A stretch of 64,000 nt of DNA from Candidatus Hydrogenedens sp. (GCA_049968235.1 JBMFRC010000008.1:79157-143156), one strand, 5' to 3'. Shown: positions 10,250 to 21,099, numbered from the stretch's first letter. Program-made: numbers and translations. The notes: a model not told the origin generated them from the letters alone.

Positions 10250-11467
10250 ATGCGATCGTTTTTAAAAAATATATTATTAGCATTAGGGTCAATACTTGTG
10301 GTTCTTATATTGACCATGGTATTGGACCGACTGTTAGGGAACATCCTGCCCAAGCCATTTCCTGAAGGCACACATGATTTAATTTTTCCTCCCTTATCGC
10401 GACAGGAATTCGCCTCAGTTGATTTTAAATATGTGGTAGAAACTAATTCATTAGGGATTCGGGACCGAGAAATACAAAGACCTAAAAGCAGTAATAGTTA
10501 CCGCATCATAGCAGTTGGTGATTCCTATACTTACGGTTGGGGCGTGAATATTGAGGAAACCTGGCTCCGTGGACTGGAACAAAAACTGTTATTGGAGAAC
10601 AAACAGATTGAAACTGTGAATTTAGGCAAACCCGGGACAGGTCCTCCTTTCTATGCAGAAATTACCCGCACTATTGTCCCCTTACTTGAACCCGATTTGA
10701 TACTGGTCGGAATTTTACAGGGAAACGATATTGCTTCTTCAGGAACGGAAGGGTTAGAGCAAATGAGTTCGGGATTGGTCCGCTGGACAAAATTATTTTA
10801 CCCAAACTTTGTCCGTACAGTAGAAATGATGCAATTGACGCGTTCTCTTGAAACGCGGACACAGGAGCGACCCCCAGAAAAAACAACCGCAGAAGACAAC
10901 GCAAAATGGTCTGCCAATACCGCAAAGGATTTTTATGAAAAAATGTCCGCAGAGGAAAAACAAAGATTTGATAATTTCGATGCCGAAGTAAAACAAGCAT
11001 TTTTTGATGGGCTATTAAATCCTTATATGATTGACCTTGCATTGAAGAACAAACACATTTATACACTAACATTAAACCCTGATGACCCATGGATTCAGCA
11101 ATGTATTGGGAATATGGCAAAAGCATTACAAATCATAAAATCGGTAGCAAGTCAAAACGATGCTCAAGTTGCTGTCGTTAGTATCCCGGATGGCCCGTAT
11201 GTGAATGAGGTTGCATGGAAAAATATTCAGCGTGTTGGATTCGATGTAGTTCCAGACATGCTAACTTCCGATGCACCCGATAAAGTTATTCAGATTGCTT
11301 GTGAAAAGGTAGGTATCCCCTGTTATACCGTCTCCTTTGCATTTCGCCAGAGAAAACAAGACCCCAACTTGTTCTTTACACTGGATGGGCATTTGACCGC
11401 TGAAGGACATAAATTATTAGCAGAGACGCTTGCTCCTCAACTACAGAAGTGGCTAACCAAAAAATGA
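10250..11467 (+). CDS. SGNH/GDSL-family hydrolase with N-terminal TM/signal anchor
   Basis: YRIIAVGDSYTYGWGV (GDS block), NLGKPGTG, LQGNDIAS (GxND), DGHLTAEGH (DxxH). It ends at TGA 11465-11467. Confidence 0.6.
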   Translation: MRSFLKNILLALGSILVVLILTMVLDRLLGNILPKPFPEGTHDLIFPPLSRQEFASVDFKYVVETNSLGIRDREIQRPKSSNSYRIIAVGDSYTYGWGVNIEETWLRGLEQKLLLENKQIETVNLGKPGTGPPFYAEITRTIVPLLEPDLILVGILQGNDIASSGTEGLEQMSSGLVRWTKLFYPNFVRTVEMMQLTRSLETRTQERPPEKTTAEDNAKWSANTAKDFYEKMSAEEKQRFDNFDAEVKQAFFDGLLNPYMIDLALKNKHIYTLTLNPDDPWIQQCIGNMAKALQIIKSVASQNDAQVAVVSIPDGPYVNEVAWKNIQRVGFDVVPDMLTSDAPDKVIQIACEKVGIPCYTVSFAFRQRKQDPNLFFTLDGHLTAEGHKLLAETLAPQLQKWLTKK

Positions 11468-12618
11468 ATAAAACAACAATACAAAAAAATATAAGCAAGA
11501 AAAAAATTGTTCTATTTACCTTTTTACCCCTCGCTATCTTACTTTTTAGCCTGGAACTGATAGCACGAATCATAGAGATATGGCTTCCTCCTATGGTGAC
11601 AGATATCGGTTTAGGTTTTACAGAAGATTCCCGATTATTTATCCCTGACCCTTATGACAGCCGATATTTGATAACACATCCCAATAAGACTGTTGCTTTT
11701 CAAAATCAACGATTTCTAAAAAACAAACCATCAGGAACTTTACGCATATTTTTTCTCGGAGGTTCCTCTGTAAATTATGTTAACTACGAATTGCCAAATT
11801 TATCCGAACGATTGGAAGAAACACTTAAACCAAGATACAAAGAAGTCGAGATTATTAATTGTGGGGGACTTTCGTACGGGACACATCGACTTGTATTGAT
11901 TGCTCGTGAGATTGTGAACTATAACCCTGACCTTGTAATGATATATTCCGGACATAATGAATTTGAAGAAATTGAACAATTACATTTAGCACGAGTGCAA
12001 ATAACGAAATTACAACGGGTTTTGTTCTCCTCCGCAATGATGCGATTTATTCGCGACCGAATCGCAACCTACCAGATATCCCAATTGGAAAAAGAGCATA
12101 ATCGCAGAATGTTGGCTCAATCATTACCCGATGCAGGTAAAGGATGGAATCATATTTTCACACCCCAGGAAATTGCAGAACGAATGGAAAAATACAAAAA
12201 TAATCTCAACGAAATTATACAGTTATGTAAAGAGAAAAATATAAAAGTCGTTATTGCAACCGTTCCTTCAAACTATATAAAGCCCAATTTAATAGGGAAA
12301 ACTGCAGAAGAATATGAACAAGTGTTGCAGTTAATTAAAGAAGAGAAATATAAAAAAGCGTATGAATTAGGTAGGAAAATTATTCGTGAAACTTCGCCAC
12401 GACATCAATCTTCCGACCTTGAAAATAACATTGTGCGAGAACTCGCAGAGAAACATCATATTCCTCTGGCTGATGTTTTATCTGCAGTAGAGCGGGCAGA
12501 ACCCCACCACATTCCCGGTGAAACTTTGTTTAATGACCATTGTCACTTAAATCCAGAAGGCAATAGTATTATGATACATACATTTGAGGAAAAAATCTTA
12601 CAGGTATTGGCAGAATAA
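11449..12618 (+). CDS. SGNH/GDSL-family hydrolase-like protein
   Basis: LRIFFLGGSSVNY, NCGGLSYGTHR, YSGHNEFEE, FNDHCHLNPEGN. The true start is probably ATG 11464, which overlaps the upstream TGA as ATGA. Confidence 0.55.
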   Translation: MANQKMNKTTIQKNISKKKIVLFTFLPLAILLFSLELIARIIEIWLPPMVTDIGLGFTEDSRLFIPDPYDSRYLITHPNKTVAFQNQRFLKNKPSGTLRIFFLGGSSVNYVNYELPNLSERLEETLKPRYKEVEIINCGGLSYGTHRLVLIAREIVNYNPDLVMIYSGHNEFEEIEQLHLARVQITKLQRVLFSSAMMRFIRDRIATYQISQLEKEHNRRMLAQSLPDAGKGWNHIFTPQEIAERMEKYKNNLNEIIQLCKEKNIKVVIATVPSNYIKPNLIGKTAEEYEQVLQLIKEEKYKKAYELGRKIIRETSPRHQSSDLENNIVRELAEKHHIPLADVLSAVERAEPHHIPGETLFNDHCHLNPEGNSIMIHTFEEKILQVLAE

Positions 12619-12677
12619 CAAACGATTTTAACCACCATATACTTACAAGCAGAAGTGATTGAATGACAAGAAACTTT

Positions 12678-14684
12678 TTATTGGGGGGTAAGTTTTAATA
12701 AAGCGACACCATGACGGGGAATAGATGTGGAGAAACCTTTTTGGTAAACTCCCAAATCCTTTTGTCTCCATAAATCCCTGACTTTTTGATTTTCTACCAG
12801 TCCCAATTCCTTCCATTGTACGGCTACATTTTGTTCAATCTCATCCAGATTAAACAAACCTATAGCAGTGGAACCATCGAAAAGTGACTTTAACCATATT
12901 TCATAACATTTTTCTTTATTAATAATTATAGGATGTCCTTGAATACCCTTTGAATCCTGATTAATTTCGATAACTTCAGGATTACAGAGCACATTTTTTG
13001 TAAATTCATCCAATCGAGTCATATCTCCACTATAAAAAAGAGGAGAAGCCATAAGACACCATAAAGACATGTAAGAATATTGTTCACTAGGAGTTAGGGG
13101 GCAGGATTTAGGCTCACCCATCACACTGGCATCTCCGCTATAACCGATGAGAATATAATCTGGGTCATTCCATGCACCGGGACCTGCATATTCCCAGTAT
13201 CGAGCGTTTCTGCGTGCGACCTCATGATATTGTAATAACTCAAAACCGAGGTCGCCCGCTGTTCGCCAGCAATTTCCACCCACTTCTTTACCCCATTTCC
13301 AGACCTGTCCCATACCATACTGACACAAGTTAAAGACAATATCGCGGTCTAATTTCTTTAAGATAACTCCCATTTCTCTATAAGGTTTCTTTAGATTCTC
13401 AATTTTTTTTGGGGATAGGATATCTGTATAAGAACACCAGTCATATTTCAAAAAATCGAAACCCCAGTCTGCAAATTGTTTGGCATCTTGTTCCTCATGT
13501 CCATAGGTTCCTGTAAAGCCAGCACAGGTTTTAGGTCCCGGTGAGGTATATATGCCTGCACGAAGCCCTTTAGAATGAATATATGCCGTTAATCCCTTCA
13601 TATCAGGAAAGTATTTGTTGGGTAGAATATTCCCACTATCATCTCGTGCAGGACCGACACGCATCGGGTCACGATGATTTTCTGCATTTGCCCAGCAATC
13701 GTCAATACTTACATACTGGTAACCTACATCTGCCATACCGGATGAAACCATCAGGTCCGCAGATTGTTTCATTATATCCTCCGTAATTCTATCGTAATGT
13801 GTATACCAATGATTCCAGCCCATTGGGGGTGTTAATGCCAGTGTATCTCCAACCACAATATTTAAATAATTCTGGTCGCTACCATATTGGTTTTGTGCCA
13901 CGATTTTAACTGTATAGTTCTTCGGTTCACGACTTATAATAGTCCCATGTATAATTCCATCCGGGTCCACCGTTAATCCTTCAGGTAAACCTTCTAATTG
14001 AAACTGTATAGGTCTTTCTCCTGTACAGGGAATACGGAATATAAAAGGAGAGCCTGGTCGAACACCCGTAACACGCGGGCTATTTATTCTCGGAGAACGA
14101 GCGGGTGTCGGAGTAAGAATATAAGTTTCCTCTTCTGGTTTCATTACAAGTTCTGGTTTTCTCTCTGTCATTATAAAAACCGCTTCTGCTATATCGACAT
14201 GGTCATAAGAAATATCATCATAAGCATCATTAATAGAAATAGTGAAATAGGATATTCCCCGTAAATCAATAGAAACTTTTTCGGGTTCTTCTCCTCCTTT
14301 AAAAGTTCGCGTTGCATATAACAATTTGTTATCACCAAAAAATCGGGCGATTATAGACCCATTCCCTTCTGTTTCATCATCAACTCCTATAATGGCTTCA
14401 AATTTTGATGCATAACCATTGAGTTGAACATAGAAAACCACATTTGCATGTGTGCCAACACCACGATTATATATTGTTCCATGTAATTTTATCGGATTTC
14501 CCTGACAGGATAGATTTTTTTTAGGATGTTCTGCCCAGCCTTGTTTAACAATTTTCAAGTTCAGGTCATCTAAATATGTTATAGCCTCCTCGCAGTAACT
14601 ATTCCATATACAAAAAAACGCAATACAAATTACAGAGATGAATACAAATAGATGGAACTTGAAATTTGATGGAGCAAAAAACAT
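12678..14684 (-). CDS. GH27 alpha-galactosidase with N-terminal NPCBM-type carbohydrate-binding domain; secreted
   Basis: Signal peptide. An NPCBM-like block lies near the N-terminus. GH27 signatures are present: PPMGWNHWY, SIDDCWA, FLKYDWC. Confidence 0.8.
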   Translation of the reverse strand: MFFAPSNFKFHLFVFISVICIAFFCIWNSYCEEAITYLDDLNLKIVKQGWAEHPKKNLSCQGNPIKLHGTIYNRGVGTHANVVFYVQLNGYASKFEAIIGVDDETEGNGSIIARFFGDNKLLYATRTFKGGEEPEKVSIDLRGISYFTISINDAYDDISYDHVDIAEAVFIMTERKPELVMKPEEETYILTPTPARSPRINSPRVTGVRPGSPFIFRIPCTGERPIQFQLEGLPEGLTVDPDGIIHGTIISREPKNYTVKIVAQNQYGSDQNYLNIVVGDTLALTPPMGWNHWYTHYDRITEDIMKQSADLMVSSGMADVGYQYVSIDDCWANAENHRDPMRVGPARDDSGNILPNKYFPDMKGLTAYIHSKGLRAGIYTSPGPKTCAGFTGTYGHEEQDAKQFADWGFDFLKYDWCSYTDILSPKKIENLKKPYREMGVILKKLDRDIVFNLCQYGMGQVWKWGKEVGGNCWRTAGDLGFELLQYHEVARRNARYWEYAGPGAWNDPDYILIGYSGDASVMGEPKSCPLTPSEQYSYMSLWCLMASPLFYSGDMTRLDEFTKNVLCNPEVIEINQDSKGIQGHPIIINKEKCYEIWLKSLFDGSTAIGLFNLDEIEQNVAVQWKELGLVENQKVRDLWRQKDLGVYQKGFSTSIPRHGVALLKLTPQ

Positions 14685-14710
14685 CTAATTTTCCTTTTAT
14701 CTAAAAATAT

Positions 14711-15187
14711 TTATTTCGAATTGTTCTTACATGAAGTTCCTGTATGTCCAAAACCACCGGGTCCACGATTGGATGATGGTAGCGTAGGAACAGGTTCCCA
14801 TTGCACACGTGATACAGGTGCAACAATCATTTGGGCTATACGGTCTCCCCGCTTAATATGGAAAGGTTCCTGTCCCCAGTTTATGAGGATAACACAGATT
14901 TCTCCCCGATAGTCAGAATCAATGGTTCCGGGTGAATTCGGCATGCCAATACCATATTTAATCGATAGACCGCTTCTTGGACGTATTTGTGCTTCATATC
15001 CCGGAGGAAGTGCTATTCTAATACCTGTCGGAATTAATTTCCGCTCCCCCGGCATAAGAACAATTTCTTCTTTTATGACTGCATGGAGGTCCATTCCTGC
15101 TGATTCTTCTGTTTGATACTCGGGCAAAGAAATATCTTCCGTGCCGGGTTCACGATAGATTTTTACCTTAACAATATTCTCTGACAT
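14711..15187 (-). CDS. dut: dUTP diphosphatase
   Basis: [11 protein letters not shown]...ESAGMDLHA...[10 protein letters not shown]...RIAQ: all dUTPase motifs are present. I placed the start at the internal ATG (15185-15187) because the longer ORF would overlap the upstream gene. Confidence 0.85.
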   Translation of the reverse strand: MSENIVKVKIYREPGTEDISLPEYQTEESAGMDLHAVIKEEIVLMPGERKLIPTGIRIALPPGYEAQIRPRSGLSIKYGIGMPNSPGTIDSDYRGEICVILINWGQEPFHIKRGDRIAQMIVAPVSRVQWEPVPTLPSSNRGPGGFGHTGTSCKNNSK

Positions 15188-15261
15188 AGCAATACTTACT
15201 TTCGTTAAATGATTTTTTAACCGATTAATTTTAACATAAAAATTTTTTTCACATAGAAGTG

Positions 15262-16146
15262 TTAATTTTGTGTGCATTCGGATTCTAATTGAGCAATTCG
15301 GTCTGGATAATCCGATAATATCCAATCCACTTCCGAAAAAATATACTTTTTTATATCCTCAGATTTGTTTACCGTGAATACAAGGATTTGAATCCCCTTT
15401 TCTTTTATTTTTTTCATTTCTTCAGGGGTTATCTTAAAATTTTCTGCCATTTTTTCATTGATGGCTAACATTTGAGCAGGAGGTGTGTAATTTGACCAAT
15501 TCTTACTTCGTAATGCAGACAAAAAACTAAGGGCATCAGAAACTGTAAAACAAGTTTTAATTTGAGGGTATTCTTTTCTTATTTTTTCAATTACTTGTGG
15601 ATGAACCGATGCGAGATAAACTCTGTCCTGCATATTTCGACTGATAATAGGTTCAACAATAGGTGCGAGGTCTTCTGTAAACGGTTTTATTTCAAACAAA
15701 AACATGTGCTCTGGAAATGCTTCCAATACTTCGTTCAGAGTTGGAACCGTAATTCCCTTACCACGAAATGGAAAAGTTTGCCCTCCATCATTAGAAAATC
15801 GGTATCCTGCATCTAACTCTTTAATTTCCTTCAAGGTTTTTTCTTTAACGGGACCCTGCCCATTGGTTGTACGGTCCACAGTAGTATCATGCATAAGAAT
15901 AGCAACATTATCCGCTGTAATCTGAACATCTCCCTCTAACAAAAAATTCCTCCAACAAGAAACCGCTTGCTGATAAGCATAAAGAGTATTTTCAGGTAAT
16001 AAAGCCTTACCCCCACGATGTGCAGCAACTTTTGTTTTACAGAATTTATCCTGTGTAAGTTTTTCATCATTATTCCCAAAAGATACTATCGTATAAATAC
16101 AAAGGAACAAAAGTGTTAAAAATAAAATAAGATGAGTTCTATTCAT
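15262..16146 (-). CDS. glycerophosphodiester phosphodiesterase (GDPD family), secreted
   Basis: Signal peptide, then HRGG...PENTL...E.DV..T.D...V..HD, the GDPD signature. Confidence 0.75.
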   Translation of the reverse strand: MNRTHLILFLTLLFLCIYTIVSFGNNDEKLTQDKFCKTKVAAHRGGKALLPENTLYAYQQAVSCWRNFLLEGDVQITADNVAILMHDTTVDRTTNGQGPVKEKTLKEIKELDAGYRFSNDGGQTFPFRGKGITVPTLNEVLEAFPEHMFLFEIKPFTEDLAPIVEPIISRNMQDRVYLASVHPQVIEKIRKEYPQIKTCFTVSDALSFLSALRSKNWSNYTPPAQMLAINEKMAENFKITPEEMKKIKEKGIQILVFTVNKSEDIKKYIFSEVDWILSDYPDRIAQLESECTQN

Positions 16147-16254
16147 AATACAAAACCTCGTTTTTGATTATATTGACAAAAAAACCGTAAACTAAGTTTC
16201 ATGATAAAATATATGTATACTAAGTGCAAATAACAAATTGGAAAGGAGTTTACT

Positions 16255-17079
16255 ATGGAACAGTGGTTCAGTAATCAGGTGGTAATTGTTACAGGTGCAG
16301 GAAGAGGGATTGGTTTTTCAACTGCTAAATTGTTCGCTCAATATGGAGCCAGCGTGGTGATTAATGATTATGACGCAAACTGTGCCGATAATGCGGCTTG
16401 CGAACTCAAAAATGCAGGATACAAAGTATTGTCCGTTCCCGGAGATGTAACCGACCCGCAATATCCAGACATGCTAATGAAAAAGACCGTAGAAACTTTT
16501 GGTAAGGTGAATGTAATTGTAAACAATGCGGGGTATACATGGGATGGCATGATACATAAAATGAGTGATAAACAATACATGGCAATGTTAGAAATTCATA
16601 ATGTTGCTCCCTTCCGTATCATACGAGCAGCTTCTCCTTATATGCGTGAAGTAGCCAAGCAAGAAAAAGCAGAAGGTAAAACACCAGAACCGAGAAGTAT
16701 TGTCAATGTTTCTTCTCTTTCTGGCTTACATGGAAATACCGGGCAAGCCAATTATAGCACTGCTAAAAGCGGTATTGTGGGTTTAACAAAGACAGTAGCA
16801 AAGGAATGGGGACCATTTGGTATTCGTTGCAATGCAGTGGCGTTTGGTTTTATCGAGACGCGTTTAACCCAGGACCAGGAAAGTGGTGAACAAATAGAAG
16901 TAGAAGGTGAAAAAGTGCAATTGGGTATTCCATCGCATATGAAAGGAATGATAACCATGCTTATACCGTTAGGAAGACCCGGAACGCCAGACGAAGCAGC
17001 AGGAGCCATCGTTTTTCTTGCATCACCTCTGGCTTCATATATAACAGGTATTTGTCTTGAAGTTACAGGAGGATTATAA
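16255..17079 (+). CDS. short-chain dehydrogenase/reductase (SDR family)
   Basis: TGAGRGIG Rossmann motif, NNAG, and a YxxxK-type catalytic region. It ends 8 nt before the next gene. Confidence 0.85.
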   Translation: MEQWFSNQVVIVTGAGRGIGFSTAKLFAQYGASVVINDYDANCADNAACELKNAGYKVLSVPGDVTDPQYPDMLMKKTVETFGKVNVIVNNAGYTWDGMIHKMSDKQYMAMLEIHNVAPFRIIRAASPYMREVAKQEKAEGKTPEPRSIVNVSSLSGLHGNTGQANYSTAKSGIVGLTKTVAKEWGPFGIRCNAVAFGFIETRLTQDQESGEQIEVEGEKVQLGIPSHMKGMITMLIPLGRPGTPDEAAGAIVFLASPLASYITGICLEVTGGL

Positions 17080-17087
17080 GTTTAATA

Positions 17088-19172
17088 ATGATTCTTCGTG
17101 ACAACATACAACTGGTTCGAACTATTCCTGAACGGTGTCGTATTTGTTACACATGCGTTCGAGAATGTCCTGCTAAGGCTATTCGTGTGGTCCATGGACA
17201 GGCAGAAGTTATCCGTGAACGATGCATCGGTTGTGGAAATTGTGTAAAGGTCTGTAGTCAGCGTGCAAAAGAAATATATAGCCCGATTGAGAATGTTTTG
17301 CAATTATTAAAAGATAACAAACCATGTGTTGCGTTATTAGCACCGAGCTTCCCAGCAGAATTTACAGAGTGTTCTCCACATAAACTATGTTCTATCTTAA
17401 AACGATTTGGCTTTACCTATGTAGTAGAAGTAGGCTCAGGAGCCGACCTCGTTTCACGAGCCTACCGTCAATTATTAGCAGAAAATCCATCGCGTTCCTA
17501 TATTGCCACGACCTGTCCTGCGGTTGTCGCATACATCGAACGATATTTTCCTCAATTAATTCCATTTTTAGCTCCGATAGTATCACCAATGGTGGCTACT
17601 GCAAGAGCAGTCCGACGCATGTATGGAACGAATTTGTCCGTTGTGTTCATTGGTCCATGTATTGCCAAAAAAGGTGAAGCCCAATCCGAAGCATTAAGTG
17701 ATGAAGTAACAGAAGTCCTTACTTTTTCGGAAATGAGACAAATTTTAGATATGCACCTTCCGGAATGGGAACAGATTAATGAAGAACAAAACTTCGACCC
17801 ACCCATTTCCGGTCCGGGAAGCCTATTCCCTATAAGTCGCGGTCTAATACAATCCGCTTCAATTCCTGAAGATTTAACAACAGATAATGTTATTGTTGCG
17901 GAAGGTAGGTCAGATTTTGTAGAAGCAATAAGGGAATTTGACGAAGGACAATGCCGTCCCAATCTTTTGGAGATTTTAGCCTGTGAAGGTTGTATTATGG
18001 GACCCGGCTATTCCCAAAAAGCAACACTATACCGTAGACGAACTTATGTAAGCCAGTATGTTCGTGATAAACTTAAACATATTGATTGGCAGTTATGGCG
18101 GCAACAAATAGCCCTATTAGCACAAATCAACATGTCTCGTAAATATATCCCTTATGCACAACGAACTCCCGAACCTACCCCTTCACAAATCGAAGATATT
18201 ATGCATAATCTGGGTAAATTTAAACCTGAAGATGAATTGAATTGCGGTGCATGCGGTTATGACACTTGCATGGAACATGCTATTGCTATATATCACGGAC
18301 TGGCACAAACAGAAATGTGTCTGCCTTTTACTATTCAACGGTTAAGAGAAACTATCCAGAATCTTGCAGAATCCAATGAAAAACTGGAAAAAACGCAGGA
18401 AACTCTTATGCAAACAGAAAAACTTGCAAGTATTGGACAACTTGCCGCAGGAATTGCTCATGAACTAAACAATCCGTTAGGTGTTGTGCTTATGTATGCA
18501 CATCTTCTCCTGGATGAATATGGAACAGAAGAATCTTTGAAAGAAGATTTAAAGATGATTGCTACCCAGGCAGACCGCTGTAAGCGAATTGTCTCCGGAC
18601 TACTTCATTTTGCAAGACAGAATAAAATCTCGATAGAAACAACAAATATACCCAGGTTGATAGAACATGCATGCAAGCTGGTTATTATTCCATCTAATAT
18701 TCAGTTAAAAATAGCAGACCATATGCGAAATCCAATAGCAGAATTGGATAAAGAACAAATTACGCAGGTACTTACAAATCTAATAACCAATGCAATACAG
18801 GCGATGCCCAATGGTGGAACCTTAACCTTAATTACCGAAGATGCACCTGACGAAATTTATATAACTGTTGAAGATACCGGTACGGGTATCCCTAAGGAAA
18901 ACCTGCCCAAAATATTTGAGCCATTCTTTACCACAAAAGAAATGGGAAAAGGAACCGGAATGGGGCTTGCGATTACTTATGGAATTATAAAGATGCATCG
19001 TGGACAAATTACCGTAGAATCCAATGATAATCCTAAAGATGGACCTACGGGCACCCATTTCTACATTTCATTACCCCGATATGTAAGTTCTATCAATGGG
19101 ATTAAGGAAGTCGACATTAAAGAATGGTTTCACGAAGCAGAAATGATAGAGGATATGTCAAAACCTTCATAA
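17088..19172 (+). CDS. sensor histidine kinase: 2x[4Fe-4S] ferredoxin domain + sensory [FeFe]-hydrogenase-like H-domain + HisKA + HATPase_c
   Basis: [12 protein letters not shown] and [11 protein letters not shown] (two Cx2Cx2Cx3C motifs). H-domain motifs: L1 variant ATTCPAV (single Cys), L2 [11 protein letters not shown]3 [13 protein letters not shown]-terminal CGACGYDTC-x16-C motif (Cx2Cx4Cx16C). HisKA H-box [11 protein letters not shown] box [11 protein letters not shown]1 DTGTGI, G2 GTGMGL. RBS GGAGG upstream. Confidence 0.75.
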   Translation: MILRDNIQLVRTIPERCRICYTCVRECPAKAIRVVHGQAEVIRERCIGCGNCVKVCSQRAKEIYSPIENVLQLLKDNKPCVALLAPSFPAEFTECSPHKLCSILKRFGFTYVVEVGSGADLVSRAYRQLLAENPSRSYIATTCPAVVAYIERYFPQLIPFLAPIVSPMVATARAVRRMYGTNLSVVFIGPCIAKKGEAQSEALSDEVTEVLTFSEMRQILDMHLPEWEQINEEQNFDPPISGPGSLFPISRGLIQSASIPEDLTTDNVIVAEGRSDFVEAIREFDEGQCRPNLLEILACEGCIMGPGYSQKATLYRRRTYVSQYVRDKLKHIDWQLWRQQIALLAQINMSRKYIPYAQRTPEPTPSQIEDIMHNLGKFKPEDELNCGACGYDTCMEHAIAIYHGLAQTEMCLPFTIQRLRETIQNLAESNEKLEKTQETLMQTEKLASIGQLAAGIAHELNNPLGVVLMYAHLLLDEYGTEESLKEDLKMIATQADRCKRIVSGLLHFARQNKISIETTNIPRLIEHACKLVIIPSNIQLKIADHMRNPIAELDKEQITQVLTNLITNAIQAMPNGGTLTLITEDAPDEIYITVEDTGTGIPKENLPKIFEPFFTTKEMGKGTGMGLAITYGIIKMHRGQITVESNDNPKDGPTGTHFYISLPRYVSSINGIKEVDIKEWFHEAEMIEDMSKPS

Positions 19173-19195
19173 ATAATTAAGCGAGCAAGTAGTGT

Positions 19196-20362
19196 ATGAA
19201 GCAAGAAGTATTTCGTGTACTGGTTGTTGATGATGAACCCGGCATTCGTATTGGTGTCTCCCGTGTGCTCCAGAACTATTCCATTGAAATGCCAGAAGTA
19301 GAAACAAAAACATTATTTGAAGTAGAAGTTGTAGAAACCGCAGAAGAAGCTATCGAAAAAATTAAAGCAAAGCCTCCCCATATTCTACTGTTAGATAATA
19401 AACTTCCCGGAATGAGTGGGCTTGAAGCACTGGAAAAAATTGTTGCTATGAAACTATTGGAAACTTATACTGTTGTAATAACCGCATATGCCTCAATAGG
19501 AACCGCCGTTAAAGCCACAAAACATGGTGCCTATGATTTCTTACCCAAACCTTTTACTCCAACAGACCTTAAAAATACGATTCATAAAGTAGTAAAACAA
19601 TTAATCGTGGAACGCAAAGCGAGAGAATTAGCCAATGAGAAAAAACGGATTCGGTTTGAATTTATATCATTACTTGCCCATGAACTTAAAGCCCCTATAA
19701 ACGCAGTAGATGGTTATTTAAGAATTATAAAAGATATGAACATTGCGGATAATCCCCAACTCTGTCAGGACCTTGTAGAACGCTGTCTTATTCGAAATGA
19801 ATATATGCGGAAAATGATTAATGACCTATTAGACTTAACAAGAATTGAATCCGGACAAAAGGTAAGGAATATTGAAGAGGTCAATTTAAAAGATATCGCC
19901 CAAATGTCTATCGAAACATCGCAGGTAGAAGCACAAAAACGAAATATTACTATGACCCTTCATGCGGACGGACCAATCATGATAAAAGCAGACCAAAATG
20001 AAATGGAGATTATCCTCAATAATCTGGTGTCCAATGCAGTGAAGTATAACAAAGACAACGGTAAAGTTGATGTCTTTTTATCCCGGGAAGGGGATAAGAT
20101 TATATTACAGGTGAAGGACACCGGTATCGGAATGACTCCCGATGAATGTTCGCGTCTATTTCAGGATTTCGTCCGTATACGGAATAAAAAAACCGAGTCT
20201 ATTTTAGGGAGTGGACTGGGCTTGTCTACAGTAAAAAAATTAGCACAAATCTATGGAGGTGATGTATCTGTCCGTAGTACTCCTGATGAGGGAAGCACCT
20301 TTACTGTTGAATTACACGATTATGAAGAACCTGCGGAAAAACCTTCCATAATGGCAACTTAA
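19196..20362 (+). CDS. hybrid response regulator-histidine kinase (REC + HisKA + HATPase_c)
   Basis: REC: VLVVDDEPG, LLLDNKLPG, LPKPF. HisKA LAHELKAPINAV. HATPase N box NLVSNAVKYN, DTGIGM, and a GSGLGLS-type G box. Confidence 0.8.
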   Translation: MKQEVFRVLVVDDEPGIRIGVSRVLQNYSIEMPEVETKTLFEVEVVETAEEAIEKIKAKPPHILLLDNKLPGMSGLEALEKIVAMKLLETYTVVITAYASIGTAVKATKHGAYDFLPKPFTPTDLKNTIHKVVKQLIVERKARELANEKKRIRFEFISLLAHELKAPINAVDGYLRIIKDMNIADNPQLCQDLVERCLIRNEYMRKMINDLLDLTRIESGQKVRNIEEVNLKDIAQMSIETSQVEAQKRNITMTLHADGPIMIKADQNEMEIILNNLVSNAVKYNKDNGKVDVFLSREGDKIILQVKDTGIGMTPDECSRLFQDFVRIRNKKTESILGSGLGLSTVKKLAQIYGGDVSVRSTPDEGSTFTVELHDYEEPAEKPSIMAT

Positions 20363-21099
20363 TACTTCTCTTTATTCTTTTGTCTTTGAACCAGATTCCT
20401 TATATAAGTAATTTCCGCAGGAGTTAAATACCGCCATTTCCCTGTACGTAAGTTTCCCAGGTTTATACCAGCAAAAGAGATTCTTTTCAGGGAGGTTAGG
20501 GGGAAACCCACTGAATCACACATTCTTTTTACTTCTCGTTTTCTTCCCTCATGAATGGTTAATTGAATGGTGGACGACTTCAAGTTTTGCCGTAAAACTT
20601 TCACTTGAGCAGGACTGGTTTTCCCATCTTCAAGCATAACACCTTGTTCCAACTTTTTTACAGCAATAGTCGTTATAAAACCTTTTACAACCACAATATA
20701 GGTTTTAGGAATTTCATTACTGGGATGTAGCAACTTATTTGCCAGTTCCCCATCATTTGTAAGGAGTAAAGCACCCTCAACATCCAGATCTAACCTTCCG
20801 ACCGGGAATACTCTCACCTTCAGGTTTTTAATAAGGTCAATAACCGTAGGTCTGCCAAATTCATCATTGGTGGTAGTTACATATCCCTTCGGTTTATTGA
20901 GCAAGATATATACTTTTTCGGGGATTTTTAAAGAAACAGGTTTATTATCTAAAAAGACCCTATCCGTTTCAGGATTAATCTTTTGTCCCATAGAAGCGGG
21001 TAAACCGTTTACGGAAATTTTCCCTTCCTGAATAAAACGCTCAATTACCCGTCGTGAACCGATACCACATTCCGCAAGATATTTCTGTAATCTGACCAA
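20359..21099 (-). CDS. rluB: pseudouridine synthase, RsuA/RluB family, with S4 domain
   Basis: RLQKYLAECGIGSRR (S4 domain), LNKPKGYVTT, VGRLDLDVEGALLLTNDGELAN. Confidence 0.8.
   Translation of the reverse strand: MVRLQKYLAECGIGSRRVIERFIQEGKISVNGLPASMGQKINPETDRVFLDNKPVSLKIPEKVYILLNKPKGYVTTTNDEFGRPTVIDLIKNLKVRVFPVGRLDLDVEGALLLTNDGELANKLLHPSNEIPKTYIVVVKGFITTIAVKKLEQGVMLEDGKTSPAQVKVLRQNLKSSTIQLTIHEGRKREVKRMCDSVGFPLTSLKRISFAGINLGNLRTGKWRYLTPAEITYIRNLVQRQKNKEKY

Noticed and set aside
14711-15325. Longer 204-aa version of the dut ORF
   Set aside because: The N-terminal 46 codons are not dUTPase-like and overlap the 3' end of the GDPD gene. The internal ATG at 15187 gives a canonical ~158-aa dUTPase.
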